Notes: generated by a model from the letters alone, not told the origin. A stretch of DNA of 24,270 nucleotides from a virus (IMGVR_UViG_3300036987_000184:1-24270), one strand, 5' to 3'; positions 17,016 through 24,270 are shown, counted from the stretch's first letter. Translations and numbers: made by a program.

Positions 17016-17870
17016 CTGTGCACTTCCTCCTTGTGGCGCGGGCGTCGCCGCCTGCGAATAATCAACCTTGTTTAGGGCTATCGCGTCCTCGGGCAGCAAC
17101 AGGAGCGCCCGGACGTTGGCCGCAAATTCTTCACTCTCTTCCGCCGCCAGCTCTTTAAAGAGATCCACCAGGTCGAGTACGGCCTTCTGCAAGCGGGCCG
17201 GAATGCTGGAGCCGTCCTGCTCCACTTCGGCCTCATAGACCACGTCGCTCAGGAAACAGCGGAACCGCCGCAGCAGTTCGGCCATTTCCGCCACCGCGCT
17301 GAGCCGCTTTTGCAGCGCCCCGGCCTCCATCACCTTGTCCAGTGGCGCGGGCGTCGCCGCCTGCGGACCTTGAAAATCTTTCTCTTCTTCGCTGCCGTCC
17401 ACTTTCACCAGGGTGAAGCGGGCGCTCTTGATCATGGGGTTGTCGGCCAGGGAAAGTTCGGAGGGCACCGCGGCGTAATAGGTCAGGCCATTCTCAACCC
17501 GTTTCGGGCCGTAGGAGCCCCCGAAGGAAAAGCCGGTGTACACCCCGGCCCGCACCTTGTTGGCTTCGTTGGCGTCCACTACCTTAGCCACCACGTCCAC
17601 CGCCTGTTCGGCGTCGAGAAAGCTGATGGCGGTGAGCTTGCCCGCGGCCAGGCGGGGGTTGTGCATGGCCCGGAGGTTGCCCAACGATTGCCCGCCGCTG
17701 GCCTGAAAGATATCTTCCGACCAGGTCTTGATGAAGGGCTTACTGGCCTCGTAATCGAAGACCTCTTTTTTGGGGTCAGGCTCCTGGGCCGCGGCCCGGC
17801 CATGAACCTCCACGGTGCCGTCATCCATCTCCACCACCTTGGTCAGCGGCGCAAACAAAATTCTTTCCAT
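16701..17870 (-). CDS. Prohead protease fused to scaffold
   Basis: GNLRAMH, GVYTGFSFGG and ELSLADNP motifs of HK97/XkdF-type proteases; coiled-coil C-terminus; GAGGGAGG RBS. Confidence 0.85.
   Translation of the reverse strand: MERILFAPLTKVVEMDDGTVEVHGRAAAQEPDPKKEVFDYEASKPFIKTWSEDIFQASGGQSLGNLRAMHNPRLAAGKLTAISFLDAEQAVDVVAKVVDANEANKVRAGVYTGFSFGGSYGPKRVENGLTYYAAVPSELSLADNPMIKSARFTLVKVDGSEEEKDFQGPQAATPAPLDKVMEAGALQKRLSAVAEMAELLRRFRCFLSDVVYEAEVEQDGSSIPARLQKAVLDLVDLFKELAAEESEEFAANVRALLLLPEDAIALNKVDYSQAATPAPQGGSAQMATLEQLETLVKGLGERLEKVEGNFSAQGEQLAKVEAENTALTERLAKVEAEPAPATGVLKVVDKGEDVQPLAKVDGPTQDEMIKNKDTQGLIKAAHQNPISLG
17033..17365 (+). repeat. Two identical 24-nt palindromes GTGGCGCGGGCGTCGCCGCCTGCG inside the protease gene
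   Basis: Copies at 17033-17056 and 17342-17365; both encode QAATPAP. Confidence 0.85.
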
Positions 17871-17896
17871 CCTCAGCCTCCCTCAAAACCCTTCTG

Positions 17897-17964
17897 TCTT
17901 AGCGCCTTAGCGCCTTTGCGAGATCATTTGCTTTTTTTCTCGCCAAGACGCCAAGGCGCCAAGG
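17897..17964. repeat. Inverted pair of octamer tandem repeats (long hairpin)
   Basis: TCTTAGCGCCTTAGCGCCTTTGCGAGA (17897-17923) is imperfectly complementary to TCTCGCCAAGACGCCAAGGCGCCAAGG (17938-17964). Confidence 0.8.
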
Positions 17965-17980
17965 AGAGTAAAACTCAGCC

Positions 17981-18565
17981 CTACCCCAACATGGCCGTCA
18001 TTTGGGCCATCTTTGCAGAATCGATCTGCACTGGCGTCTGGCCCCAGAGCAGGCGCAGCGTGGTCTGCCCCTCCCGGGTGGAGAGCACGTACCGCAGCCA
18101 CTGGAATTTCTCCGGCAGGGCAGTGGCGCAGGCGTCCCCGCCTGTGGACAAATATTTCGTCCAATCACCGATCACCCGCGTCAGCTCCCGGTTGGCGTAA
18201 TTTTGGTACTCCACCTGCATCCGCAGGGCTGCGGCCAGGGGCAGGGGCCCCTCCGGGTAATGCCCCCGGGGGCAACTGATGGGAAACGTCCCCGCCAGCT
18301 CCGCCAGGGCCGGATCATCCGGGGCCACCGCCCCGAACAGTCGGCAGATCAGCGGCCGCCGGGCGTAAATCTCGCAGCCAAACTCCCCCAGAAAAGGACA
18401 GGCGGTGAGCGCCGGCCCGGTAACATATTTCCCCGGGTGCCGGATCGCCCGCCACTCGGCCAGGGTTATGGCCCGGGCGTCGCCCTCGCAGCACTCGCGG
18501 CAGCCCGGCTCGCAACTCATGGCCGGGATTTGCTGTTGCAAGGTTTTGAGGAGGCGTTCGATCAT
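17981..18565 (-). CDS. YkgJ-family cysteine-cluster (Zn/Fe-S chelating) protein
   Basis: CEPGCRECC...CPFL...GCEIYARRPLICRLFG...CPRG; ATGA overlap with the portal stop. Confidence 0.85.
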   Translation of the reverse strand: MIERLLKTLQQQIPAMSCEPGCRECCEGDARAITLAEWRAIRHPGKYVTGPALTACPFLGEFGCEIYARRPLICRLFGAVAPDDPALAELAGTFPISCPRGHYPEGPLPLAAALRMQVEYQNYANRELTRVIGDWTKYLSTGGDACATALPEKFQWLRYVLSTREGQTTLRLLWGQTPVQIDSAKMAQMTAMLG

Positions 18566-20820
18566 GCACCTTCTCCCTGCTCCGCCAGAACCGGCAGCAC
18601 GTCGCAGACGCAGTTGGGGTGAGCCGGCGGACCCGTGTCGCCGGAGGGGAAGACGTCTTCCAAGGGGATCACTCCCGCCGCGGCGTTGCCCTCACAATCG
18701 TCACACGGGTATTCCTCCGAGCCCCTGATCCACTCCTTGCCTTGGACCACCCCGGATTCCCGGTAGGCCATCAGGTTGCCTTGCACGTCCGCCGCGGCGA
18801 TCTCGGTGCGGGCGATCATTTCGCCCCGGCCTTCCGAAAAGCCGAAATTCTCTTGCAGGGCCTGGCCCAACTGCTTAGTGCTCCAGCCTTCCTCTACCGC
18901 CTGGGTGACGTCGGCCCGGAGGTAATCCCGGGTGGCCTCGCTGATCTTGGTGACCAGCTCCGCGGCCCGGTTCTCGGCCCACTCCACCGCCAGCTTATTG
19001 ACCTGGTTGACGAGGGCCCTATCCTCAAAATCAATCTGGGTAAGGGCCGCCAGGCCGCCATTCTGGGCCGCCTTGGCCAGCAGCGCCGCCGCCTCTTCCC
19101 GGGTGGCCTCCAGGCCGGCCAGTTGCAATTCCTTCAGGAGCCGGTCGACCTTGGCGGATAGATCCTCATCCTCCGCCTTGGCCAGGCCCAACCCCTCGCC
19201 GAGTTGCGCCGCCGCCGCGGCGGCATCGGCCTTCAAGGCCGCCAGCATCAGCTTTTGCAACGCGGCCCGGGCCTTGACCACCTCCGGCCGCTCCCGGTCA
19301 AGGGGCTGAAGCTTTTTCTTGCCCGCGTCGACCTTGGCCAGTTCTTGCTCCGGGGAATTGGCAGTCTCTCCCCCTGCCACCCCCGGAGCCGTCCCTGGGT
19401 CCTCTTCGGTCGTTGTTTTATCTGGTAACTGACTATTGCCTGCTGGCAACTGGTCACTGGCTACTGGCAACTGCACCTTCCCAATCTCATCCAGCAGCAC
19501 CGGCCCGCCCACCGTCATGAGAAAATCCGGCACGCTGTCTTTGTCGTAGCCCCGATCCTGGCGAATTTCCGACCGCCGCCGCACCCCGGAGCGCAGGTGA
19601 ATCTCATCGATCTCCGCCTGCTCCTTGGGCTTGGTGGTGCTCTCTTCTTCCCAGGCAAACTCCACCAGGTCGAAGCCGCCCCGCTCAAGGCCCTCGTCGA
19701 TCCCGTCATTGACCCATTCCTGCAAGGGCGCCAGCCCTTCCTCCAGGGCCGCCTGCTCGGCGGTTTCGGCGGTGGCCCGGTTCATCTGCTGCACAAAGGC
19801 CTGGGGGGACAGGGAAAAACAAAAGCACACCACCCGGGCGAACCACTCGTCAATGGCGTCTTTGAGGGCCGCCTCCTTGGTCTGGTGGACGGTCATGCCT
19901 TTGGGCACCCAGGTGCCCCGGCGGCGCTGGGCGGTATTGCCCGCGAAGAGGCTATCCCAATACTGCTGCCACTCCCGGATCTGTTCGGTGGACCAGGCCT
20001 CCGGCACCTCCATCAGGGAGTCCGGGAGATTGCCCTCGGTGTAGTATTGCAGCAGGTGGAGCTGGCGGCGGATGACAATATTGACGATGAGGATGATCTG
20101 CTCCACCTGGGATAAACCGTAAACCCGCCAGGACAGGGGATTGCGGGGAAAATAGATCAGTTCGTCCAGGGAGTAATTCGCCGCCGGCACCCCCTTGAGC
20201 ACCTGCTGATAGGCGGGGGCGGGCGGCAGGGGCACCCGGCCGTCCTCGGCCAGCACCGGTTTGATCAGGGCGCCGTCCATGACCTCAAGGGCATAAAGGC
20301 CGCCGCCCCGGTTGGGCCGGGGATAGAGGGTGGCGCAGTCGCCCACAAACATATCTTCCAGCCACATGCGCAGCCACTGATTCCAGCGGTGCACCCGGTC
20401 TGGCTTTTTAAACAGGGCCTTGGCCTGCTTGGCCTGGGCCTCCGCCGCGCTCAATAGGCTCTTGCCGCCGGCGGCGGCCTCCTCCGTGGGCTTGATGTTC
20501 CAGGAGAGCTTGCACAACTGGTCCTTGCGGGTCTCGATGGCCAGGCGCACCAGGTCGCAATTCAGGGCCAAGGCCCGAAGCTGCCCGAAGGAAATGGACT
20601 CTTCGCCCCGGGGCTGCATCCGCAGGTTGTAGCCCGCCGGATAATCCCACTGGCGGCCCTTGACCGTCTCCGGGGCCGCCGGCGCCTGGGTCTCGCCGGG
20701 GCCGAACCAGGCCTCGTCGATCCGTAGGGCGGGCGTCCCCGCCCGCCAGGCGCTCGTCTTGCCGCTCGCCCGATCCACGATCCCCAAATCCAGGGGCTTT
20801 TTATCACCTGAGTTGGTCAA
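18562..20820 (-). CDS. Portal protein fused to Mu gpF/SPP1 gp7-like head morphogenesis domain
   Basis: Portal motifs (LVRLAIETR, ELIYFPRNP...VYGLSQVE, LAPLQEW) in the first ~440 aa. gpF motifs (RGEMIARTE, KEW..C..C..N, PPAHPNCVC) at the C-terminus. One uninterrupted ORF. Confidence 0.9.
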   Translation of the reverse strand: MTNSGDKKPLDLGIVDRASGKTSAWRAGTPALRIDEAWFGPGETQAPAAPETVKGRQWDYPAGYNLRMQPRGEESISFGQLRALALNCDLVRLAIETRKDQLCKLSWNIKPTEEAAAGGKSLLSAAEAQAKQAKALFKKPDRVHRWNQWLRMWLEDMFVGDCATLYPRPNRGGGLYALEVMDGALIKPVLAEDGRVPLPPAPAYQQVLKGVPAANYSLDELIYFPRNPLSWRVYGLSQVEQIILIVNIVIRRQLHLLQYYTEGNLPDSLMEVPEAWSTEQIREWQQYWDSLFAGNTAQRRRGTWVPKGMTVHQTKEAALKDAIDEWFARVVCFCFSLSPQAFVQQMNRATAETAEQAALEEGLAPLQEWVNDGIDEGLERGGFDLVEFAWEEESTTKPKEQAEIDEIHLRSGVRRRSEIRQDRGYDKDSVPDFLMTVGGPVLLDEIGKVQLPVASDQLPAGNSQLPDKTTTEEDPGTAPGVAGGETANSPEQELAKVDAGKKKLQPLDRERPEVVKARAALQKLMLAALKADAAAAAAQLGEGLGLAKAEDEDLSAKVDRLLKELQLAGLEATREEAAALLAKAAQNGGLAALTQIDFEDRALVNQVNKLAVEWAENRAAELVTKISEATRDYLRADVTQAVEEGWSTKQLGQALQENFGFSEGRGEMIARTEIAAADVQGNLMAYRESGVVQGKEWIRGSEEYPCDDCEGNAAAGVIPLEDVFPSGDTGPPAHPNCVCDVLPVLAEQGEGA

Positions 20821-20974
20821 GCTCCGCCTCGGTCTTTTCCATGAGCACGTCGGCCAACTGCCTCTGGGCCTTGAGCCCCAACAGCCGTTCCTCTAAAACC
20901 TGAATCTGCAACTGGCGGTTTTCCTCCGCCAGATTCCGGACCATGTCGATTGCCGCTGGTTTTGTCTCAGCCAT
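20804..20974 (-). CDS. Small coiled-coil hypothetical protein
   Basis: MAETKPAAIDMVRNLAEENRQLQIQVLEERL...; overlaps the portal start. Start is 20974 or 20986. Confidence 0.6.
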   Translation of the reverse strand: MAETKPAAIDMVRNLAEENRQLQIQVLEERLLGLKAQRQLADVLMEKTEAELDQLR

Positions 20975-21065
20975 ATAGTGCCCCATATATTTCTGCGCTA
21001 ATCCCGGCCAACCAGAGCAAGAAAGCTATGGTAATCAACACCCTTTCATACCAGGACCTACGCAT
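20967..21065 (-). CDS. 32-aa single-pass membrane peptide
   Basis: Below the track cutoff. MRRSWYERVLITIAFLLWLAGISAEIYGALYG; stop overlaps the next start region. Confidence 0.45.
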   Translation of the reverse strand: MRRSWYERVLITIAFLLWLAGISAEIYGALYG

Positions 21066-21112
21066 AACAACTGACCCCTAACCCCTATCCCCTAACGCCT
21101 GTGGTCCTTTGC

Positions 21113-21135
21113 GGCGGGCGGGACGCCCGCCCTAC
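21113..21135 (-). repeat. REP-like palindrome (identical to 9101-9123) beside heptamer array (ACCCCTA-like, ~21070-21100)
   Basis: Exact 23-nt match; 5 nt after the stop of the 105-aa gene. Confidence 0.8.
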
Positions 21136-21140
21136 AGTTT

Positions 21141-21458
21141 TTAAAAATACACCGTGCAATGGAGGACGGCGTCCACCGCGTCGGTCCGGATGGCCTTGAA
21201 TTGGACGATCTGGGCGCCAATAAGGACAAATTCATCCGAGACCCGCACATACCGGGCCGGTCGGCCGTCGGCCTGGATCTGGGCGGTGCTGAAACCCACC
21301 GCCGCTGAACTGACCGTCAAATCCAGATAGGCCCGGGGGTTGGCGTTTTCCAGGGCGGCGAACGAGCCGCCGCTGAACCAGCCTTCGGCGGTGCTGCCGA
21401 GCGGAAGAGCCAGAATAATTAAAACTATGAGGAAGTTAATTCTGATGCTCAGCCGCAT
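21141..21458 (-). CDS. Small beta-rich protein with signal-peptide-like N-terminus
   Basis: MRLSIRINFLIVLIILALPLGSTAEG then LTVSSAAVGF...QFKAIRTDAVDAVLHCTVYF; GGGAGG RBS. Confidence 0.65.
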   Translation of the reverse strand: MRLSIRINFLIVLIILALPLGSTAEGWFSGGSFAALENANPRAYLDLTVSSAAVGFSTAQIQADGRPARYVRVSDEFVLIGAQIVQFKAIRTDAVDAVLHCTVYF

Positions 21459-21602
21459 ACGTGGTCCTCCCGTTTGGAAGCCTATTTTCGTTTTCGGTTT
21501 TCCGTCAGAAACGTTTCTTTAGGGATGCCATCCCACTTCTCCCGGTTTTTGAGCTCAGGATTTTCGGCTTCCTGGAGGCATGTCATCCCACTCCGACCTT
21601 TT

Positions 21603-23216
21603 TTAGCTGACTGCTGAACGCTGATAGCTGACCGCTGTTGTCTGCCCCTTCCTCCGGGCCTCATCCGTCTGCAGTTTCTCCACCTCACCCCGGTAAAAAT
21701 CGAACAGGCCCATGCCGGCGCAGCCTTCCAGCAGCGACAGGACGCCCTCCAGGGCGTCGGGGCCGTCGTCATTGACGGTCTTGGATGGGAAGTACAGGAG
21801 TTGCTCGATCAATAGGTCTTGGTTGCCCTGGCCCCGGCAAAACCGGATCTGCCCCCGCTCCACCTTGGGGGACAGGCCGGAAATGCGGGTCTCCTTGTTG
21901 ATGGTCTGCCCCGTGCCCCGGATCGGCAGATGGAAGCCCCGCTGGGCCGCGGCCCGGTCGAACTCCCGCAGCAGCAATTTTTGAAAGGCCACCACCTCTA
22001 CCCCGAACTGCCAGTAGCCCCACTGTTCGTGCCGGGCGTAGGCCGCAGCGATGGCGGCGTCGATACTGGCCTTGCGGATGTAGGCGTCCAGGACGTAATA
22101 GATCATCTCCCGCCGGTCCCAGCCCACGGTGATGATGGACTTGTAATCGCTGCTGGCGAGGGCCTCCACCGAAGGGTCGAAAAACCCGGCCACCACCAGG
22201 TGCTTGCCGCTCAACTCCTCCGGGTGGTAAAACTTGAACCAGTCCTCCTGGAAGACGCCTTCCTCGTTCACCGGGTTGTTCTGCTTCTCGGTGTTGAAGG
22301 CCAGGCTGCCCATCATCTTTTTCTGTTCCAACAGCTTGGGCACCGGATGCAGCGACGGCCAGAACGACACCAGCATGGCCTTGCCGTCCGGCCCGGTCTC
22401 TTCGTTCAAGGCCCGGTACAGGTGGCGCTGCCAATGGCACCAGGGCTCTTCCTGGGAATGGATGGCGATCCACAGGGCGCTCTTGTTGGCCAGAATCGTT
22501 CCGATCCACAGGAGGCTCCCGGTGGCGTCGATGGACGGATAGACCGCCCGGGTGACCCAGGCCAGGAGCTTGCGCACCAGGTCCGGGCTCTTGACGTTCT
22601 GGTCGTTTTCCAGGTCGTCCAGGATCACCAGGTCGGGGCGGAACTGCTTATGCTTCAAGCCCCGCAAGCGCTGGCCCCGGCCCCGGGCCTTGAGGCGCAC
22701 GTCGTTGAGGGTGACAAAATCGTCTACGGCCCAGTTGTCCCGCACCAGCTCGCCGAAATCACACTTGATGCGCTCGTTGTAGAGCAGCTCCAAATAGATG
22801 TAGCCGGTGAGATCCGAGGCCAGGTCCTCGGTATCGCTGCCGAGAATGATGAAATGGCGCAGGCCGTGGCAGATCTGGTGCAGGGAGTACCCGAAGGAGA
22901 CGATGGTGGACTTGGCCCCTTCCCGGGGCGCGGCGTCCACCGTCGGCATCACCACCTCGCCAAGGCCGGGCCGCCGGTTCACCTGGGCGATTAATTCATG
23001 ATGAAACGGCGCCTCCGGGGCGCTGAAATAATGGGGCAGGTAGGTGCGGAAAAACTCGAAGTGGTCGGTGCGGGTGCGCTCCCGCCGGGCCGCCCTGGCG
23101 GCCTCGGAGACGTCGTCAAAGGCGGAGACTTCCCGGAAGAGCCGGCCGAGGATCTGGTCGGCCTTCTCCTGGAACTGCTTCCGGGTCAACTTCAGTTTGA
23201 GGGTGCGTGCCGCCAT
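21603..23216 (-). CDS. terL: Terminase large subunit
   Basis: Walker A-like APREGAKST, Walker B LVILDDLEND, coupling motif WIGT, nuclease FFDPS and DDGPDA. Confidence 0.93.
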   Translation of the reverse strand: MAARTLKLKLTRKQFQEKADQILGRLFREVSAFDDVSEAARAARRERTRTDHFEFFRTYLPHYFSAPEAPFHHELIAQVNRRPGLGEVVMPTVDAAPREGAKSTIVSFGYSLHQICHGLRHFIILGSDTEDLASDLTGYIYLELLYNERIKCDFGELVRDNWAVDDFVTLNDVRLKARGRGQRLRGLKHKQFRPDLVILDDLENDQNVKSPDLVRKLLAWVTRAVYPSIDATGSLLWIGTILANKSALWIAIHSQEEPWCHWQRHLYRALNEETGPDGKAMLVSFWPSLHPVPKLLEQKKMMGSLAFNTEKQNNPVNEEGVFQEDWFKFYHPEELSGKHLVVAGFFDPSVEALASSDYKSIITVGWDRREMIYYVLDAYIRKASIDAAIAAAYARHEQWGYWQFGVEVVAFQKLLLREFDRAAAQRGFHLPIRGTGQTINKETRISGLSPKVERGQIRFCRGQGNQDLLIEQLLYFPSKTVNDDGPDALEGVLSLLEGCAGMGLFDFYRGEVEKLQTDEARRKGQTTAVSYQRSAVS

Positions 23217-23225
23217 GTAAAAGCC

Positions 23226-23275
23226 CGTTTTCCGTTTTCCGTTTTCCGTTGGTGGCGCAGGCGTCCCCGCCTGCG
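23226..23275. repeat. (CGTTTTC)x3.5 array plus palindrome GTGGCGCAGGCGTCCCCGCCTGCG
   Basis: Array at 23226-23250 and palindrome at 23252-23275 fill the terS-terL gap; a near-identical palindrome lies at 18123-18146. Confidence 0.85.
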
Positions 23276-23295
23276 GTCCTTAAACCGGCTCGCCC

Positions 23296-23757
23296 TTACT
23301 CCAGGCTCCGGAAAAATTCCCGCATCCGGCCGCTGTGCATCTGCAGCTCGCCGGGGGTCAGGCTGAGGCCCTTGAGAAACTCGCCGTATTTATCCAGCAC
23401 CATGATGGCCGCGGCCCGCAGGTCTTGGCTCTTTTCCAGCTTTTCGATGGTGAGGACGGTTTTATAAATGGCGTCATAGACCCCCGGATTGATGGCCGTC
23501 GGGTTTCTCTGAGCCTCGGCCTGCAGGGCCTCCATCTGGCCGTTCAAGGTCTGCCGCAGCCACTCGGCGATATCCCGGGGGTTGCTGAGGGCCGCGGCCC
23601 GCTCCTGGCCCCACTCCCCTTTTTTGGCCCACTTGTAAAGGGTGTTGGCGCTCACCGCGCCTTGGAGCCGCGCCGCAATCTGCTCCATCGTCTGGTTTTC
23701 CTTGACATAGAGCCGCCGGGCTTCGTCGTAATAAGCGCTCTCTTTGCGGCCGGCCAT
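23296..23757 (-). CDS. DUF1804-like HTH protein, putative terminase small subunit
   Basis: ARRLYV...TMEQIAARL...VSANTLYKWAKKGEW..ER helix-turn-helix, directly upstream of terL. Confidence 0.75.
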   Translation of the reverse strand: MAGRKESAYYDEARRLYVKENQTMEQIAARLQGAVSANTLYKWAKKGEWGQERAAALSNPRDIAEWLRQTLNGQMEALQAEAQRNPTAINPGVYDAIYKTVLTIEKLEKSQDLRAAAIMVLDKYGEFLKGLSLTPGELQMHSGRMREFFRSLE

Positions 23758-24006
23758 TCAGCGCCCCAAAAAAGCCTTAATGGTGTCGATATGCGCCAGG
23801 GTTTTTTCCAGTTCCTGGTGGGCGGCGCTGAATTCCAGGGCCAGAGAAAAAATGTCTTCCCGGTTCAGGCTTTCCACCGCCTTGGTGGGATCAATCAGGA
23901 GGCGCAAAGTATTCCGGAGCTTCTCCGCCCGCAGCCGCTGCCCCACGACGCGGTTTTCCAGCACCGTTAATTCGCTCTCTTTGTTGACCCGCTCCAGGTT
24001 GATCAT
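23758..24006 (-). CDS. Hypothetical helical phage protein upstream of terS
   Basis: MINLERVNKE...; ATGA coupling at 24003-24006 favours this start over 24051. Confidence 0.7.
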   Translation of the reverse strand: MINLERVNKESELTVLENRVVGQRLRAEKLRNTLRLLIDPTKAVESLNREDIFSLALEFSAAHQELEKTLAHIDTIKAFLGR

Positions 24007-24269
24007 ATTTCCCCCGCCTTTTTCCGGCACCTTTCCACCACGTCGGTGCACTGCTGCATGCTCTGGATGTTGGCCTGGATGAGCTTCTCCAAATATTCGC
24101 CCCGTTCCGCAAAGCGCTGGGTCAAGGTGCCATAGTTCTCCACCAGGCGCACGTTGTTGTCATACTTGTCGCTCATCTCCCGGAGGATCAACGCCATCTG
24201 GCCGTTCATGGCGGCCAGGTCGGTTTTGTACAACTCCAGGACCTTTTGATAGTGCTCCAATATTTTGAC
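24003..24269 (-). CDS. Hypothetical coiled-coil phage protein, 5' end outside the window
   Basis: Frame open to the window edge; ...EMSDKYDNNVRLVENY... Confidence 0.65.
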   Translation of the reverse strand, partial: VKILEHYQKVLELYKTDLAAMNGQMALILREMSDKYDNNVRLVENYGTLTQRFAERGEYLEKLIQANIQSMQQCTDVVERCRKKAGEI

Positions 24270-24270
24270 A

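Larger units (their letters stand above)
458..24270 (-). mobile_element. Prophage (late region plus one end), probably transposable/Mu-like, with a non-contractile tail
   Basis: Contiguous co-oriented terminase-head-tail gene set. It ends inside a host CDS next to direct repeats, with no integrase or tRNA at this junction. DUF1804-like and Mu-type terminase genes are present. No transposase lies in the window, so 'transposable' is inferred. Confidence 0.85.

Noticed and set aside
6653-20820. Gene transfer agent or tailocin interpretation
   Set aside because: A full head, terminase and a discrete end inside a disrupted host gene fit a prophage better, although replication genes are outside the window.
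21482-21772. 96-aa ORF overlapping the terL end
   Set aside because: Largely made of overlap and heptamer-repeat sequence; no evidence of coding.
2968-24082. Many long plus-strand ORFs (e.g. 2968..3792, 12862..13734, 15376..16257, 21819..22994)
   Set aside because: Antisense shadows of GC-rich genes, with no recognisable motifs or RBS context.
726-24270. Stop-codon reassignment, introns or inteins in the late genes
   Set aside because: Genes tile cleanly in the standard code, and TerL, portal and capsid show no intein or homing-endonuclease motifs.

Overview
Almost the whole window (~458-24270) is the late (virion morphogenesis) region and one end of a prophage, with all real genes on the minus strand. 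In transcription order: two Mu-like pre-packaging genes, a DUF1804-like small terminase, large terminase, three small genes, a portal-gpF(head morphogenesis) fusion, a YkgJ-type Cys-cluster gene, protease/scaffold, major capsid, a putative head-fibre trio, connector/neck genes, tail tube, G/GT tail chaperones with a -1 slippery site, tape measure, a large tail-tip protein, a Dit-like protein and a beta-helix tailspike. No sheath is present, so the tail is non-contractile. The element ends at ~458-465, next to repeated GGGACGCGATAA sites, inside a host B12-binding radical SAM gene whose 5' part is missing, as expected for transposition (Mu-like) rather than att-site integration. Most unusual points: (i) the tailspike and a second small protein carry typical N-terminal signal peptides behind strong RBSs; (ii) the tail-tip protein has four homologous domains apparently nested inside one another; (iii) Mu-like packaging genes are joined to a non-Mu head; (iv) LxK motifs recur at domain junctions of three head proteins; (v) REP-like palindromes, heptamer arrays and an octamer hairpin are scattered through the prophage, several in frame within proteins. 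Family assignments come from motif recognition by eye; no searches were run.
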